From Candidatus Bathyarchaeota archaeon (GTDB taxonomy: Archaea; Thermoproteota; Bathyarchaeia; 40CM-2-53-6): DNA of 64,000 nucleotides. How positions within the stretch are numbered: position 1 is the first letter of the stretch; each line of letters opens with the position of its first letter. A model generated the notes under the pieces. The model had not been told where the DNA came from. It worked only from the letters and a program-made list of their open reading frames with translations, and did not search any database. Below are positions 10,972-21,862 of this stretch, piece after piece. The stretch covers positions 96,001 to 160,000 of the forward strand of contig CAWHWX010000018.1 of the NCBI GenBank assembly GCA_963833125.1. The letters are read 5' to 3'. Both the position numbers and the translations under genes were made by a program.

Positions 10972-11793
10972 ATGTCATCAACTCGACTTATGGAGTACCT
11001 CCGGCAAGTAGGACTCACCACCTATGAATCGGAGGCATACATCGCCTTGCTCTCTAAGAGAGTGTTGACCGCGGAAGAGATCTCAAGAAGCACTTCAGTT
11101 CCAATAACGCGGGTGTACGGGACTCTCGAACAGTTAATGCAGAAAGGTTTCGCGAAAATTGTACAAGGCAGGCCGAAAAGATATCATGCCGTCTCACCCG
11201 AACAGGCAAAACGTGAATACGTAACTCACTTACGGCACAACTTCGAAGTGGAACTTGTTGCGATTGACGAAACGCTCAGGCATTTGCAAAGACAGGTGGA
11301 ACCAATCTATGTAGAAAGCCACCTCCAAGTGAAAGCAGAGGAGTTACTCGAACCTCTGGCTGACCTGCGGAGTATGGAAAATAGGACGAACAATTACCTT
11401 GAAAAAGCGGCTGACGAGGTGTTGATTTCTACGGCGTTGTTCTCATGGCTGCCGAAAATCAAGGTTCAACTGCGACGCGCTGTGAAAAGAGGTGTCAAGG
11501 TCAAGGTCCTGATGCAGTTTGAAGATAGCCAAGTGAAGAAGCAATTGGATGAGTTATCCGGGATCGGGATCCAATTTAGAGATTCCCCTGACCCCTGGCA
11601 TCCGGTCAGGGGAACATTGATCGATAACAGAGATCTCGTATTCCTGATATGGGCAGCCGAGGAGGTGGAACGTCACTGGAACCCTATCGTTTACACCCCC
11701 AACCATACGAAAAACCCTGGATTAATTCGGATCTTTCGTGAATCTTTCCTCCTAAGATGGGCTAATTCGGCCAAGGGATCACGGCGAGGTTGA
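10972..11793 (+). CDS. TrmB family transcriptional regulator
   Basis: GLTTYESEAYIALL...VPITRVYGTLEQL..KGF HTH; C-terminal PLD-like effector domain. Confidence 0.88.
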   Translation: MSSTRLMEYLRQVGLTTYESEAYIALLSKRVLTAEEISRSTSVPITRVYGTLEQLMQKGFAKIVQGRPKRYHAVSPEQAKREYVTHLRHNFEVELVAIDETLRHLQRQVEPIYVESHLQVKAEELLEPLADLRSMENRTNNYLEKAADEVLISTALFSWLPKIKVQLRRAVKRGVKVKVLMQFEDSQVKKQLDELSGIGIQFRDSPDPWHPVRGTLIDNRDLVFLIWAAEEVERHWNPIVYTPNHTKNPGLIRIFRESFLLRWANSAKGSRRG

Positions 11794-11800
11794 ACGTCAA

Positions 11801-12868
11801 ATGAAGGTCTGGCTCGATATTCTCACACCAAAACAAGCAAATTTCATGGGCGAGCTTCAAAACAGGCTTGAGGCCAAAGGTTTCAAGACATTCTCGACGA
11901 CCCGTGAGTATCGTGAGGTCACCGAACTCCTCCAGCTTCGGGGTTTGAAGGCAATCCCAGTTGGACGTCATGGTGGAGAAAAGCTGGAGGACAAACTCGT
12001 AGAGAGTTCGAACCGAGTATCCGCACTCGCTAAGATCTTAGAGGGTCAGAGTGTCGACGTGGCGATTTCATTCTCATCTCCCGAAGCAGCGCGAGTTGCC
12101 TTCGGACTAGGAATTCCGCATTATTGTATCAGCGACTCCCCACATGCAGACGCAGTCAGCCGTCTTACGATCCCGCTAACTGAAAAGTTGTTCACCCCAT
12201 GGATCATCCCTCTTCGTGCCTGGACGAGGTATGGAATCAACCCTAGAGACGTGGTGCGATATCGAGCCCTGGACCCCGCCGTGTGGGTGTCCAAATACAA
12301 GAGCAACATGAAAGCCTTAGATTTACTGAAGCTCGATTTTTCGAAGCCGATCATCGTCATTAGGACTCCTGAGGAATATGCTTCGTATCTTTCAGATCGA
12401 CATTCAGGTATAGCGGGCAAGGTTGCCGAGACGGTTGCGAAGATAATCGACGTGAGCGGTGACAGCTCCCAGATCGTGGTCCTTCCTCGATATGATGTTC
12501 AGGGAGAACGGTTCACGAAGAAATTTGGGAACCGATTGATTGTTCCGGAACATGTTATCGACGCAGTCTCTCTTCTATGTGTCTCCTCAGTCTTTCTGGG
12601 TGGAGGAGGAACGATGACCGCCGAAGCAGCATTGCTTGGTGTCCCAGTGATCTCATATTATCCTGGAGACGCCACGTTTGTCGAGAGGTTCTTGATTAAC
12701 CATGGATTGGTTGAGAGAATTCTTGACCCAGGACGCATTGCTCAGCGCACGAGTGCGATCTGCAAGAGCGTGGATTTCCGTGAATTCTATCAGAGAAAAT
12801 CAGCGAAGCTGCTTCGAAGTATGGAAGATCCCTTGCAGATAATTATTCAAAAGATCTTCAAGCATTAA
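11801..12868 (+). CDS. DUF354 family protein (GT-B fold)
   Basis: MKVWLDILTPKQ, SPEAARVAFGLGIP, GGGTMTAEAALLGVP. Confidence 0.85.
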   Translation: MKVWLDILTPKQANFMGELQNRLEAKGFKTFSTTREYREVTELLQLRGLKAIPVGRHGGEKLEDKLVESSNRVSALAKILEGQSVDVAISFSSPEAARVAFGLGIPHYCISDSPHADAVSRLTIPLTEKLFTPWIIPLRAWTRYGINPRDVVRYRALDPAVWVSKYKSNMKALDLLKLDFSKPIIVIRTPEEYASYLSDRHSGIAGKVAETVAKIIDVSGDSSQIVVLPRYDVQGERFTKKFGNRLIVPEHVIDAVSLLCVSSVFLGGGGTMTAEAALLGVPVISYYPGDATFVERFLINHGLVERILDPGRIAQRTSAICKSVDFREFYQRKSAKLLRSMEDPLQIIIQKIFKH

Positions 12869-13109
12869 CCCGTTTTCGCGAGAGCGTTCTAGTGAGATAG
12901 GAATCAGTCACCTTCTTCCATCCCAGTAACCAGATGAGAACGAGGCCACCCGATGCCACAACTCTAGCCGTTTGTGTAGCTACGCTCTCTGCCAAGGTGG
13001 CTGTTCCAAAGTTGATCGCAAATGCTCCCTTCGAAATGACGTATGTGCTCCCCAATAGGAAGAGCCAGACGAAGATCTCTATTGCTGCTAAAGGAAGGAG
13101 TCGTTTCAT
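12858..13109 (-). CDS. Small membrane protein, unknown function
   Basis: Two hydrophobic helices; start overlaps stop of upstream gene. Confidence 0.6.
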   Translation of the reverse strand: MKRLLPLAAIEIFVWLFLLGSTYVISKGAFAINFGTATLAESVATQTARVVASGGLVLIWLLGWKKVTDSYLTRTLSRKRVNA

Positions 13110-14111
13110 TTGACGGCCACCGTTATCCAGTAGGTCACCACTGCGAGCACAGATGAGATCGCAGTTAGAATCATCATGGATCGCACAATTTGCTTTTCGC
13201 CTAGCGGTCCAGCGGCTAGGATTAGGCGTGTGAGAGTGACTGGTGCGCCTTTCTCGTTGCTTGCCTGCAATAATCCATTATCCAAGAGTCTTGTGGGTCT
13301 TTGAAGAATCTCTCGCCTTTCACGTAAACCGCGAACAGAAGCGAGCCCATAGAAGGAGTTCATGATGTGAGGGATTAAGGCTATCAGAATTACTGCTTCC
13401 AATCTTCCGATAATTGCCAAAGCTCCCGAGTGCTGCCCCAACGGATAGGCTTCCTGTGTCCCCGCTGAACACACGGGAAGGAAATCTGTTGAAGTAGTAG
13501 AAAGCAAGCATGGCCGCGAATAGGATGGCCGCGAGAGATCCGGCTTGCACATTTCCTGAGAAGAAAAGAATACCTGCAGCTGTTGCTGAGATTATGGCGA
13601 CTGTACCTGGCATCGCGCCATTCATCACATCCATCATGTTGATCGAATTGGAAGTGACAGCGATGGCGATTGGTATGAGAAGCGGGTATACGATGGTGAG
13701 CCTGACCATTCCAACGAGAGGTATCTCAGGAAAAGGAAAGTACGCTCCAAGGGCGAGAATCGGTATGCTGGCTAGGGCCGTAAGTACCGGTTTGGATCTC
13801 GCTCCTAGTGGGTGTAGATCGTCAATAACCCCAATTGCTCCTGCTACCAGCACTGTTCCAATGAACGCGGTCATGGTTCGAACTCCTGTAGGAAATGCGA
13901 GAATACAGGCGAATACGCCCACGACTAATCCGATTATTATTGCGAGGCCGCACATTTCGGGTACTTCATTCTTCTTCAGCTTGTGAACATCCTGACCCGT
14001 AATTCCGCGTGCTTTCATGGCTTTGGCTACGATCGGCGTTACAGCGAACGTAACGATGAAGGTTACAATGGATACGACACCGATGGTCGCGGCCTGCAGA
14101 ATGTCAAGCAT
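13106..14111 (-). CDS. MraY/AglH-like UDP-GlcNAc:dolichol-phosphate GlcNAc-1-phosphotransferase; frameshift ~13425
   Basis: GQDVHK..VPEMCG, GVIDD, SNSINMMDVMNG, VFSGDTGSL; C-part in ORF 13106-13552. Confidence 0.85.
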
Positions 14112-15483
14112 GTTGTCTGCAGCTCTTGATTATGCCTGAAACCTTGCTTTTGTAATCATTTACGATTCGAAGAGCTTGGCCTTTCGTTGGTGCTTCGGCT
14201 AATATTCTAAAGATTGGCTCGGTTCCGCTGGGTCGAATTAGTATCCAAGATCGGGGCGGTATCCAAACTTTGATTCCATCAATGTCCAACACTTTGTTTT
14301 TACGAGGAAGGTTGCGGATTGCTTCTGTGACCTCTTCCTTTATTGCATTAGGACATGGGATTTTGTCTTTAACGATGTATGACTTTGGGAGCTTGGAAAT
14401 CAATTTTGATAGCGGTTTCCTAGCCTCAGCCAGTATTCTATAGATCCAGGCTGTAGTTATTCCACCATCGCGTGCTGCGACATGTGGAGAATAGAAGATG
14501 CCACCGTTGTCTTCTCCTCCGAGCTTGGAGTTGATTTTCAGCATTAAGTTTGAAACATACACGCTCCCAACAGGGGTATAGACGACCTCTCCGCCATGTT
14601 TCTCGGCTATTTCTTCAATGATCTGAGAGGAGCTTATCGGGGTGACAATTTTTTGGCCGGGGTAATTTTGCAGGAAATCCTCTACTATCAATGCAAAAGT
14701 ATGGTCACCCCAACATACCGATCCATGTTCATCAAGAAACACAGCCCTATCTCCATCTCCGTCGTGTGCCACACCAAAATCCGCGTGGAGGCTCGGAACG
14801 ATTCGTGATGTTTCGCGGAGGTGTTCGGGGGTCGGTTCGGGTAATCTGCCGGGGAATGTTCCGTCGATCGTGCCGTTGACAATGGAAACTTGGCCTCCTA
14901 GTGCTTCGATAATTGTTGGCGTCGAGAGGACGCTCACAGCGTTTGCCGTGTCAACGACTACCTTCAAGCTTGCCTGTCTCGGCACTGCACCGACATGTTC
15001 AACGATCGATTTTACATAGCTTGTGAATTTCTCAGAGACAGGGAGAGGCGGTTTGATCCGGTTCCAAGCTGCCAAATTCAGTTTTGAATCGAAATAGATC
15101 TGCTCAATCTTCAATTCCTCTTCGTGTGGAAGTTCCACTCCGTGATTTCCCATGACCTTCATGCCATTGTATTCCGGTGGGTTATGGCTGGCGGTAACCA
15201 TGATGCCCCCTTTCAGACCCCAATCTTTCGTCAAGAACTGCAAGGCGGGCGTAGTTATCATGCCTAGGTTCCAAACTTGGCATCCCACGCTCGCTAATCC
15301 AGAACAGACAATTTCTAGGAACATGGGGCTTGAAACGCGGCCGTCACATCCCACCGTCAAATCGGCGCCTTGGAAGTAGGTTCCCGTGGACTGGGATAAT
15401 TTCAGGACAAGTTCGCTGGTCATCTCCTTATTGACAATGCCCCGGACGCCATTTGTCCCGAAGAGTTTCCTTCCCTCTGACAC
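14104..15483 (-). CDS. Phosphohexomutase (phosphoglucosamine mutase/PMM-PGM family)
   Basis: LFGTNGVRG, TASHNPPEYNG, HDGDGDR, IRPSGTEP. Confidence 0.92.
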   Translation of the reverse strand: MSEGRKLFGTNGVRGIVNKEMTSELVLKLSQSTGTYFQGADLTVGCDGRVSSPMFLEIVCSGLASVGCQVWNLGMITTPALQFLTKDWGLKGGIMVTASHNPPEYNGMKVMGNHGVELPHEEELKIEQIYFDSKLNLAAWNRIKPPLPVSEKFTSYVKSIVEHVGAVPRQASLKVVVDTANAVSVLSTPTIIEALGGQVSIVNGTIDGTFPGRLPEPTPEHLRETSRIVPSLHADFGVAHDGDGDRAVFLDEHGSVCWGDHTFALIVEDFLQNYPGQKIVTPISSSQIIEEIAEKHGGEVVYTPVGSVYVSNLMLKINSKLGGEDNGGIFYSPHVAARDGGITTAWIYRILAEARKPLSKLISKLPKSYIVKDKIPCPNAIKEEVTEAIRNLPRKNKVLDIDGIKVWIPPRSWILIRPSGTEPIFRILAEAPTKGQALRIVNDYKSKVSGIIKSCRQHA

Positions 15484-15489
15484 TCTGGA

Positions 15490-16582
15490 TCACATCACAT
15501 GGGCCGATGCTCTGACGTTAGAGTCAATCTCCTTGTAAGGATGAATTATGGCTCCAGGCCCAATTTTCACGCCGTCCCCAATCTTTACGCTGGGCGAAAT
15601 GACGCATCCCGACCCAATCCTAGCTCGTTTCCCCACGTTAACGTCGTTTGCTAAGATTGCTCCCGACACTACCGAGCGTTCCCCGATGGTGACTCTGTCA
15701 AATAGTATTGATTCCGAGACTCTTGCACCTTTTTCGATCGAACCGTTGTTTCCGAGCAAGACTTTCGGCCCGACCGAAGCCTCGCTACTCACTCTGGAGT
15801 TTTCTCCGATGAAGACTGATTTTCGAATCATGTCGTCATTTGGTCAAGTTTCTCCTGTCTTCTACGAAACCGTGTGGTGACTCGACCAGCATTGCAAAGT
15901 TGGCCCTTCGGAAATCGACGAGGTTGCCTATGTCAAACCAGTGACCCGAAAATGTGAATCCGCCGAGCCTTCCATTCTTGGCAAGTGGCGGGAATATATC
16001 CCTCTCGAGCGAAACCCGCTGATTGGGAGGTATCATTTGCAACACGTCTGGTTCGATAAGGTAGATTCCGGCATTAACGAGGCGGCTGGGTGCCTCTCTT
16101 TGCTTTGGTTTCTCAACGAATTTGCGGATTCGGTTTTCTGAGTCCAATTGGACGACGCCGAATCTGCTCGGGTTTTTCACTTCGTAGAGCGCATCTGTGA
16201 TGAGCGCTTTTGTCTCTTTATGCTGTTTCAACATCTCTCGGAGATTGATCTGGGCGATTACATCGCCGTTCATCGCGATGAATGTTTCATCGATTCTTGC
16301 GTTAGTCGAGGCGAGCTTCATCGGTCCCGCGGTACCAAGAGGTTCGGTCTCAAGAGAATACTTGATGCTCATTCCTTTGTATTCCGACCCAACCTGGCGC
16401 CGTAGGGTCTCCGCCAAATAATTCACACAAAGTATCACTTCTTCTGTTCCAACGCTTCTTAGAAGATCCAAACTCCAGTAGATCATCGGCTTGCCACAAA
16501 TAGGAAAGAGCAGTTTAGGTAAGGCGTAACTAATCGGTCGGAGCCGTGTTGCGAATCCCCCAGCAAGCACTATTCCCTTCAA
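15490..16582 (-). CDS. NDP-sugar pyrophosphorylase (mannose-1-phosphate guanylyltransferase-like) with hexapeptide C-terminus; frameshifted ~15850
   Basis: LAGGFATRLRP..PK, PLGTAG, NGD, FVEKP, WFDIG; left-handed beta-helix repeats in ORF 15490-15831. Confidence 0.88.
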
Positions 16583-16655
16583 ATCAGCCCACGACCAGTT
16601 ATCTTTCGGACAAACGTACATTTCTCCCTATTTGTACTTCGAGGAGCGCTCACAA

Positions 16656-17113
16656 ATGAAGGGAACTTACACCATAGTTGTACGGTGCAAAGACACAGGG
16701 TACGCAACGTTCGGTAAGTTGGGAAGGGCCAGATTGAGAAAGGGCCGTTATCTCTATACGGGTTCGGCATTGGGGCGCGGCGCTGTTTCGTTAGAGGGAA
16801 GGCTTGAAAGACACATGAGTCGCCAAAAGCGGCTGAGGTGGCATGTCGATTATCTCACCTCGCGCCCTGGTTGCAACGTCACGGGTGCTGTTTATGTAGG
16901 TGTGATGGCCGTTTGGAGTGTAAGGTCAACAGTTCAATTTCAAAGGAATTGGGTGTTTCGCCGGTCTTATTGAAAATTGGAGCGAGTGATTGTAAATGTG
17001 ACGGGCATCTGCTTGGGCCGGTGCGTCGTTTGAATGAACACTACTTGATGAGGTTGTTGGAATCTGTCTACGGCGAGTTCGGCGTGCCGAGATCGTACGT
17101 CGTGAAAGTGTAA
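16656..17113 (+). CDS. DUF123/GIY-YIG (Uri superfamily) endonuclease; frameshift ~16900
   Basis: MKGTY, YLYTGSALG, RLERH, WHVDYL, then GASDCKCDGHL in the second frame. Confidence 0.85.
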
Positions 17114-17114
17114 T

Positions 17115-17930
17115 TCAGATTGATTGTGCTTCTTCCCATCTCTTTTGAAAGGCGTCTCGAAAGATTCTGATGAGTCCTTGGTTTTTCGTGTAGTTTGGAC
17201 GGAAGTAGATGGGGCGGGGGACGTCGCTCTTCTTGGTTGCCCAGACGACGAAAACGAGTTCTTGGTCGTCCACAAGTGTTCCCCTTACGGGGTACCATTC
17301 TTCGGCACAGTGACGTACTTGTATGCCGAGTCCTCGAAGTTCTTTCGCCCGTAGCTCCGTGGAAGAGTCTTTCACCATCATCAGAACTTTCATGTCGACC
17401 TGTCGGTCATGGGCTTGGAAGATAGATTCTCGGACTTTTTCGTACCAACCGAAGGTTTCAGCGAAAATGAACACCTCTCGAGTAGCATTACCTAAGATTT
17501 GTGCTGTCCGAAGTTCCATATCCGGTAAGTCTCGTAGAGGTTCGATGATCTCTTCGGGCCTTATTCCGAGCCTGTTTTCCCAGTAGGTGGGTTCTAGCAG
17601 TTTTTCAAGGTCGAGTGCAATTGATGTCTCTTGGGAAACCTGATCTTCTATAGCCTTCTTTCTTTGATCGAGTATCTTTCGAAGGACTAGCCTGGGCTGG
17701 ACGACTTCAACTCTATTACTAGAGATCTTGACGAGACCTTTGTCTGTGAGGGCCTTCAAGGCGTCTTCAGCAATGGGCGCAGGTATTCCGAACGCGGTCA
17801 CCACTTTCTCGACCATGTCACCGCCCGGTTGTGAGAGCAATTTCAGGTACATCTTGGATTCAGCAGCCGCTAAGCCCAATGACTCGAGAAGCTTCACTTC
17901 TTTGCCGTCGTCAGCCATGGCTCTCAACAC
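17115..17930 (-). CDS. TrmB family transcriptional regulator (paralog of 10972-11793)
   Basis: N-terminal wHTH; shares WYPVRGTLVD..LVF..WA and PNYTKNQGLIRIFR with the first TrmB. Confidence 0.8.
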   Translation of the reverse strand: MLRAMADDGKEVKLLESLGLAAAESKMYLKLLSQPGGDMVEKVVTAFGIPAPIAEDALKALTDKGLVKISSNRVEVVQPRLVLRKILDQRKKAIEDQVSQETSIALDLEKLLEPTYWENRLGIRPEEIIEPLRDLPDMELRTAQILGNATREVFIFAETFGWYEKVRESIFQAHDRQVDMKVLMMVKDSSTELRAKELRGLGIQVRHCAEEWYPVRGTLVDDQELVFVVWATKKSDVPRPIYFRPNYTKNQGLIRIFRDAFQKRWEEAQSI

Positions 17931-18028
17931 TCAAAGAATACTCGAAAGGAATCGGTTGCTGTTTCATTCGTCAGGGCTTATACCCTTTTAGGATCTAAAT
18001 TCAACGCCGCTTCCTCAGGATATGCGGT

Positions 18029-18793
18029 TCAGTTCTCTGTCCATTTCGCTTTGAATAGCGCAAGGGAGAGGAAGATGATTGTGAATACTGGTAGTGCGAG
18101 CCAACTCAGGAGCACCTGTGAAGAGGTTGATGGTAGACCTACCGCGTTTTCTATTAGGACAGAGGTATGTGTGGTTGGAACGAGTTCAGCGAGCCATCTA
18201 AGCCGGTCCGGGATTATTTGGAGGGGATAGAAGACGGGTGGTAGGACTGAGAGTATGATTGAAATGAAGGCAACTGTAAGAAATGCGGTACGAGTGTTAA
18301 GGACGTAGGTTGAGAGGAAGAAACCGATAGCACTCGTCGTTATCCATGTAAGAAATACCACCGCAAGTATCTCGAGGATCATGACTGATGAGATTGCACC
18401 CGTAAACAAAGGGATAATTGCTAACAGAATGACGAGCGCGGGTGCTGCGAAAGCGAGTTCTGACATCGCGACCGAGAACATGTATGTGAGAGAAGAGACG
18501 GGGGATGCTACCACCATTGATTGGAATTTGTGCTCAATTCTATAATTCGTTAAGTCTGCGCCCAGAAAGAGACCCTGCTGCGAGACCGTCATGGTTATGG
18601 CCCCAGCAATTCCGTAAAGCAACGTCGCACCATGCCCGGTTACGAAAAGTATGAAGAGTATTGTGAATGGCGTTGAGAACACGAAGGGAAGCAGTGTTGG
18701 GATCCTTACCATGGGAAGTATGCCCAGGTAGTAACTTAGCGCGCCTATAGTTCGGAGTTCTTTCGTTATCTTTTGTGATATTGTTTCATTCAT
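18029..18793 (-). CDS. ABC-2 type transporter permease
   Basis: Six TM helices, PVFYPL..IP..LRWLA..VPTTH. Confidence 0.85.
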   Translation of the reverse strand: MNETISQKITKELRTIGALSYYLGILPMVRIPTLLPFVFSTPFTILFILFVTGHGATLLYGIAGAITMTVSQQGLFLGADLTNYRIEHKFQSMVVASPVSSLTYMFSVAMSELAFAAPALVILLAIIPLFTGAISSVMILEILAVVFLTWITTSAIGFFLSTYVLNTRTAFLTVAFISIILSVLPPVFYPLQIIPDRLRWLAELVPTTHTSVLIENAVGLPSTSSQVLLSWLALPVFTIIFLSLALFKAKWTEN

Positions 18794-19755
18794 CTCTCGT
18801 ATGCTCCTCTCGTGTGGGCTTGCTCTTGGTTCTCTTGTTCTTCGTCGATGCCTGAGCCTACGATTTCTACGAAAACGTCATCTAATGTAACGGGTGCGAT
18901 TGAAATTGTGGCTTTTCGCTTCAGCGCTTCCCTGCTTACATCTTCAGCCATCTTCTCGTCAACGAAAAGTCTGGAGAGGTTGCCGACTTTGATTGTCTTT
19001 CCATAAGACTTCAACTCATCATCCGTGAAACCAGCTGCTACATCGACCCGGATCCTCGAAATGAGATGCTTTGCGCACACGTCGGTTGGGGTGCCTTGTG
19101 CGAGAACATGGCCGTGATCTATTATTGCCAACTCGTCCGACAGCGCTTCGGCCTCATCCATATAATGCGTCGACAGGACTATCGTCTTTCCTTCATCGCG
19201 TTTTAGTCGAATCAACTCGTTCCACACCCGCCTTCTGCCAACTGGATCAAGGCCTATTGTGGGTTCGTCCAAGAACATCAGGTCGACGTCGCAGGCGATT
19301 GTCATGGCAATCAGTATCCTTTGCCTTAACCCGCCCGACAGCTCTTCCGAATGTACTTTCTCGAACTCAGAAAGCTCTACAGTTTCAAGCACTCGTTTCG
19401 CCTTCACAGAAGCCTCTCCGAGACTTTCGCCACGCATCATTAGCGCGAGTAAAACATGGTCGTAAGCGTTCAATGTCCAGAGAGGCTTAGCCTCCTGCGG
19501 AGTGATAGCTATCCTTCGACGTATTTCCTTCGCATTTTTCGTTACGTCAAGTCCAAAAACGGTAACAGATCCAGAGGTAGGTAGGAGCTGGGTAGTGGCG
19601 ATTCTCAGGAATGTAGTTTTTCCAGCTCCATTTCTTCCGAGGAGCGTGAATATCTTGCCCTCATCTATCGCGAGGTTCAAGTTGTCGAGAGCCGGGTCCT
19701 TCTTCTTTCTGTAGTACTTCACCAGGTTGCTGGCTTCAATCACGTGAGAGCACAT
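18790..19755 (-). CDS. ABC transporter ATP-binding protein (DrrA-like)
   Basis: GRNGAGKTT, LSGGLRQR, FLDEPTIGLD, STHYMDEAE. Confidence 0.93.
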   Translation of the reverse strand: MCSHVIEASNLVKYYRKKKDPALDNLNLAIDEGKIFTLLGRNGAGKTTFLRIATTQLLPTSGSVTVFGLDVTKNAKEIRRRIAITPQEAKPLWTLNAYDHVLLALMMRGESLGEASVKAKRVLETVELSEFEKVHSEELSGGLRQRILIAMTIACDVDLMFLDEPTIGLDPVGRRRVWNELIRLKRDEGKTIVLSTHYMDEAEALSDELAIIDHGHVLAQGTPTDVCAKHLISRIRVDVAAGFTDDELKSYGKTIKVGNLSRLFVDEKMAEDVSREALKRKATISIAPVTLDDVFVEIVGSGIDEEQENQEQAHTRGAYER

Positions 19756-19913
19756 GACGTTTCACCTCGACGAAGACTGAACTGACGTTCGTCTATTTTA
19801 GATAAGGATGGTGCGTTATCGGATCGAAAGAAGTTTACAAATCGGCCACGAATATCGAAGATCAATCAATTTTGAGTTCTATAGGAGCGTCCGCAGTGAG
19901 GTCAGGTCAGCGG

Positions 19914-20020
19914 TGGTGGACCGGGCGGGATTTGAACCCGCGACCTCCCGCATGCCAAGCGGACGATGTGATCGCATCGTTTTAGTCTACGATGCTCATA
20001 CCAGGCTGATCTACCGGCCC
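19914..20020 (-). tRNA. tRNA-Ala(GGC) with a 29-nt D-arm intron (~22/23; 19968-19996), CCA encoded
   Basis: Reverse complement GGGCCGG-TA-GATC...TCCGC-TT-GGC-AT-GCGGG...GCGGG-TTCAAAT-CCCGC-CCGGTCC-A-CCA; G3:U70 pair; intron hairpin GCATCGT/ACGATGC. Confidence 0.92.
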
Positions 20021-20230
20021 ACTATTCCGAGAGCTTTCAACGTGCGGCTAAAAACCTTCGTGCAAGTCCAAAACTGTAACGGCGAACGGGTGGATGGTCT
20101 TCAGTGTAGGCGAAACGCTTCTGTCGAAGAATTCATCTGTTGAAAGCCGCGAACGTCTGGTCGTGGCCTGTAAGAATATGGGCCACGCAACAAAGAGCTA
20201 TCTATCACCAGTATGAATCGTCCGAGGAAA

Positions 20231-21857
20231 ATGCAATTGATCAATCGCGCGACCCGAACAATACTGTTGGTCCTTCATTGTCCTCGCCATCCTGATGGTT
20301 GCGCTCAACGCTTTCGAATCAGCCCAGGCTCAGGCGGGCTTCGATTTCAGCGTGAGCTTAAATGGGTACTCGCTTGCGGTAGCCCCGAACCGTTCAGGGT
20401 ATGATCAAGTAACCGTTGCATTAGTTTCCGGTTCCCCTCAAACTGTGAACTTAACCTCACAGATTTCACCACAGGATGGAGAAGTGTCAGCGTATTTCGC
20501 TCAACCAGCGGGAAATCCATCATTCGTGACAACGCTCGTTGTCAACGCTCTGGCAGCCTCACCTGGCAAGATGTATACGATCTCCGTTACGGGCATGTCC
20601 CAAGGACTAACGCGGCAAGCACTTCCACTTGCGTTAACGATCAGCTGCCCTCAAGGGCCCTGCCCAAAATTGCACGTTGATTGGACGGACAAAACCTCTT
20701 ACTCACAAGGTGAATCGATCCAGTTCAGGGGATCAGGATTTTACCCAACCGATGTAGCAGCATCTTGCTTGACAACCGAGAACAATGGCACGGCCATATG
20801 CCAGAACCAGGCCTCCGCTGATGGTCAGGGGGATGTTTCAGGTTCGATGGTTGTAACCCCAAAAATACTGCTTGGCCCACAACAATTCTACCTGAAGGAT
20901 CTGACAAACGACCAACAATCCCCCAAGGTCCCGCTTACCATCCTCCAAGCGTCCCCTATCCTCACGACCGCCTATGTGGGACAAGGCTCCGTATCTCCAT
21001 CTTGCCCATCGGGCTGCGCACAACCTGTAGGGGAACTCGTGAACGTTACCGCTAGTCCGGCTGCAGGCTGGACATTCGCGGGCTGGAACATCACAGGGGC
21101 CACCTGCTTCGGCGGGCTTAGTTCAAACCCCTGCATGTTCACGATGCCAAATAACGGAGTGTCTGCCAACGCGAACTTCGTCCAATTTCAGACTCTCACA
21201 ACGACCTACATAGGACAGGGCGCAATCTCGCCCTCCTGCCCCTCAGGCTGCCAGGTGACCGTCGGGTCGACAGTATCAATCACGCCCACTCCATCTCCGG
21301 GGTGGATAGTCTCCGGTTACCACTTAACGAGCGGAGTCACCTGTGGCCCTCAGCCAGGATTTACTTGCGGCTTTATCATGCCCAACGTTCCGGTCAATTT
21401 TCAAGTGATATTCACAGAAACCACAGTAACCGCCAAAACAACCCTGACCGTCACTTCCTCGGTCACAACGCCTGTGACAAGTACGTCCGTGTTCGGAAGC
21501 ACATCCTCATCAACGATTACGATAATCACGGAATCGACGACCCAACTAAGCGGCACCCAGACAACAACCACACTATACTCGACTGGCAGCACAATAAACA
21601 CGCAAACACAATACTACGCGATAACTCAACTCTCGACGTTCACATCAACTACTACTTCGACTAGCTTGAACGTGCCCGATCCCCTAGTTGAACTCGCACT
21701 CGCAGCCATTATCCTCGTCTCATCGGCAGTTATCGGGGTTAGTCTAATCAAACAATTCCCAAGGCGGGGCATAATTTCATGCTCTAACTGCGGCTTCAAG
21801 AACTCCCATCCCGGAAAATATTGCTTGGGCTGCGGTGAACCCTTGAAGAGGACTTGA
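20231..21857 (+). CDS. Cell-surface protein: Ig-like and InlB-B-like repeats, Thr-rich stalk, TM helix, C-terminal zinc ribbon; frameshift in the signal peptide (~20275)
   Basis: Two GQGxxSPSCPSGC...PxxGW repeats; Thr/Ser-rich linker; TM helix; CSNCGFKN..GKYCLGCG. Confidence 0.75.
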
Positions 21858-21862
21858 CCGAA

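Noticed and set aside
16656-17113. GIY-YIG gene as a homing endonuclease or mobile element
   Set aside because: Matches the stand-alone archaeal DUF123 family; no intron, intein or terminal repeats around it
19806-19830. CGCACCATC on the minus strand downstream of tRNA-Ala as another att-like copy
   Set aside because: Lacks the GGTTCAAAT arm at the 9-nt spacing; a short match could be chance
19808-20143. ORFs overlapping tRNA genes (also 25109-25558, 25297-25545, 29820-30008, 60919-61242)
   Set aside because: Shadow ORFs across tRNA genes with no protein-like features
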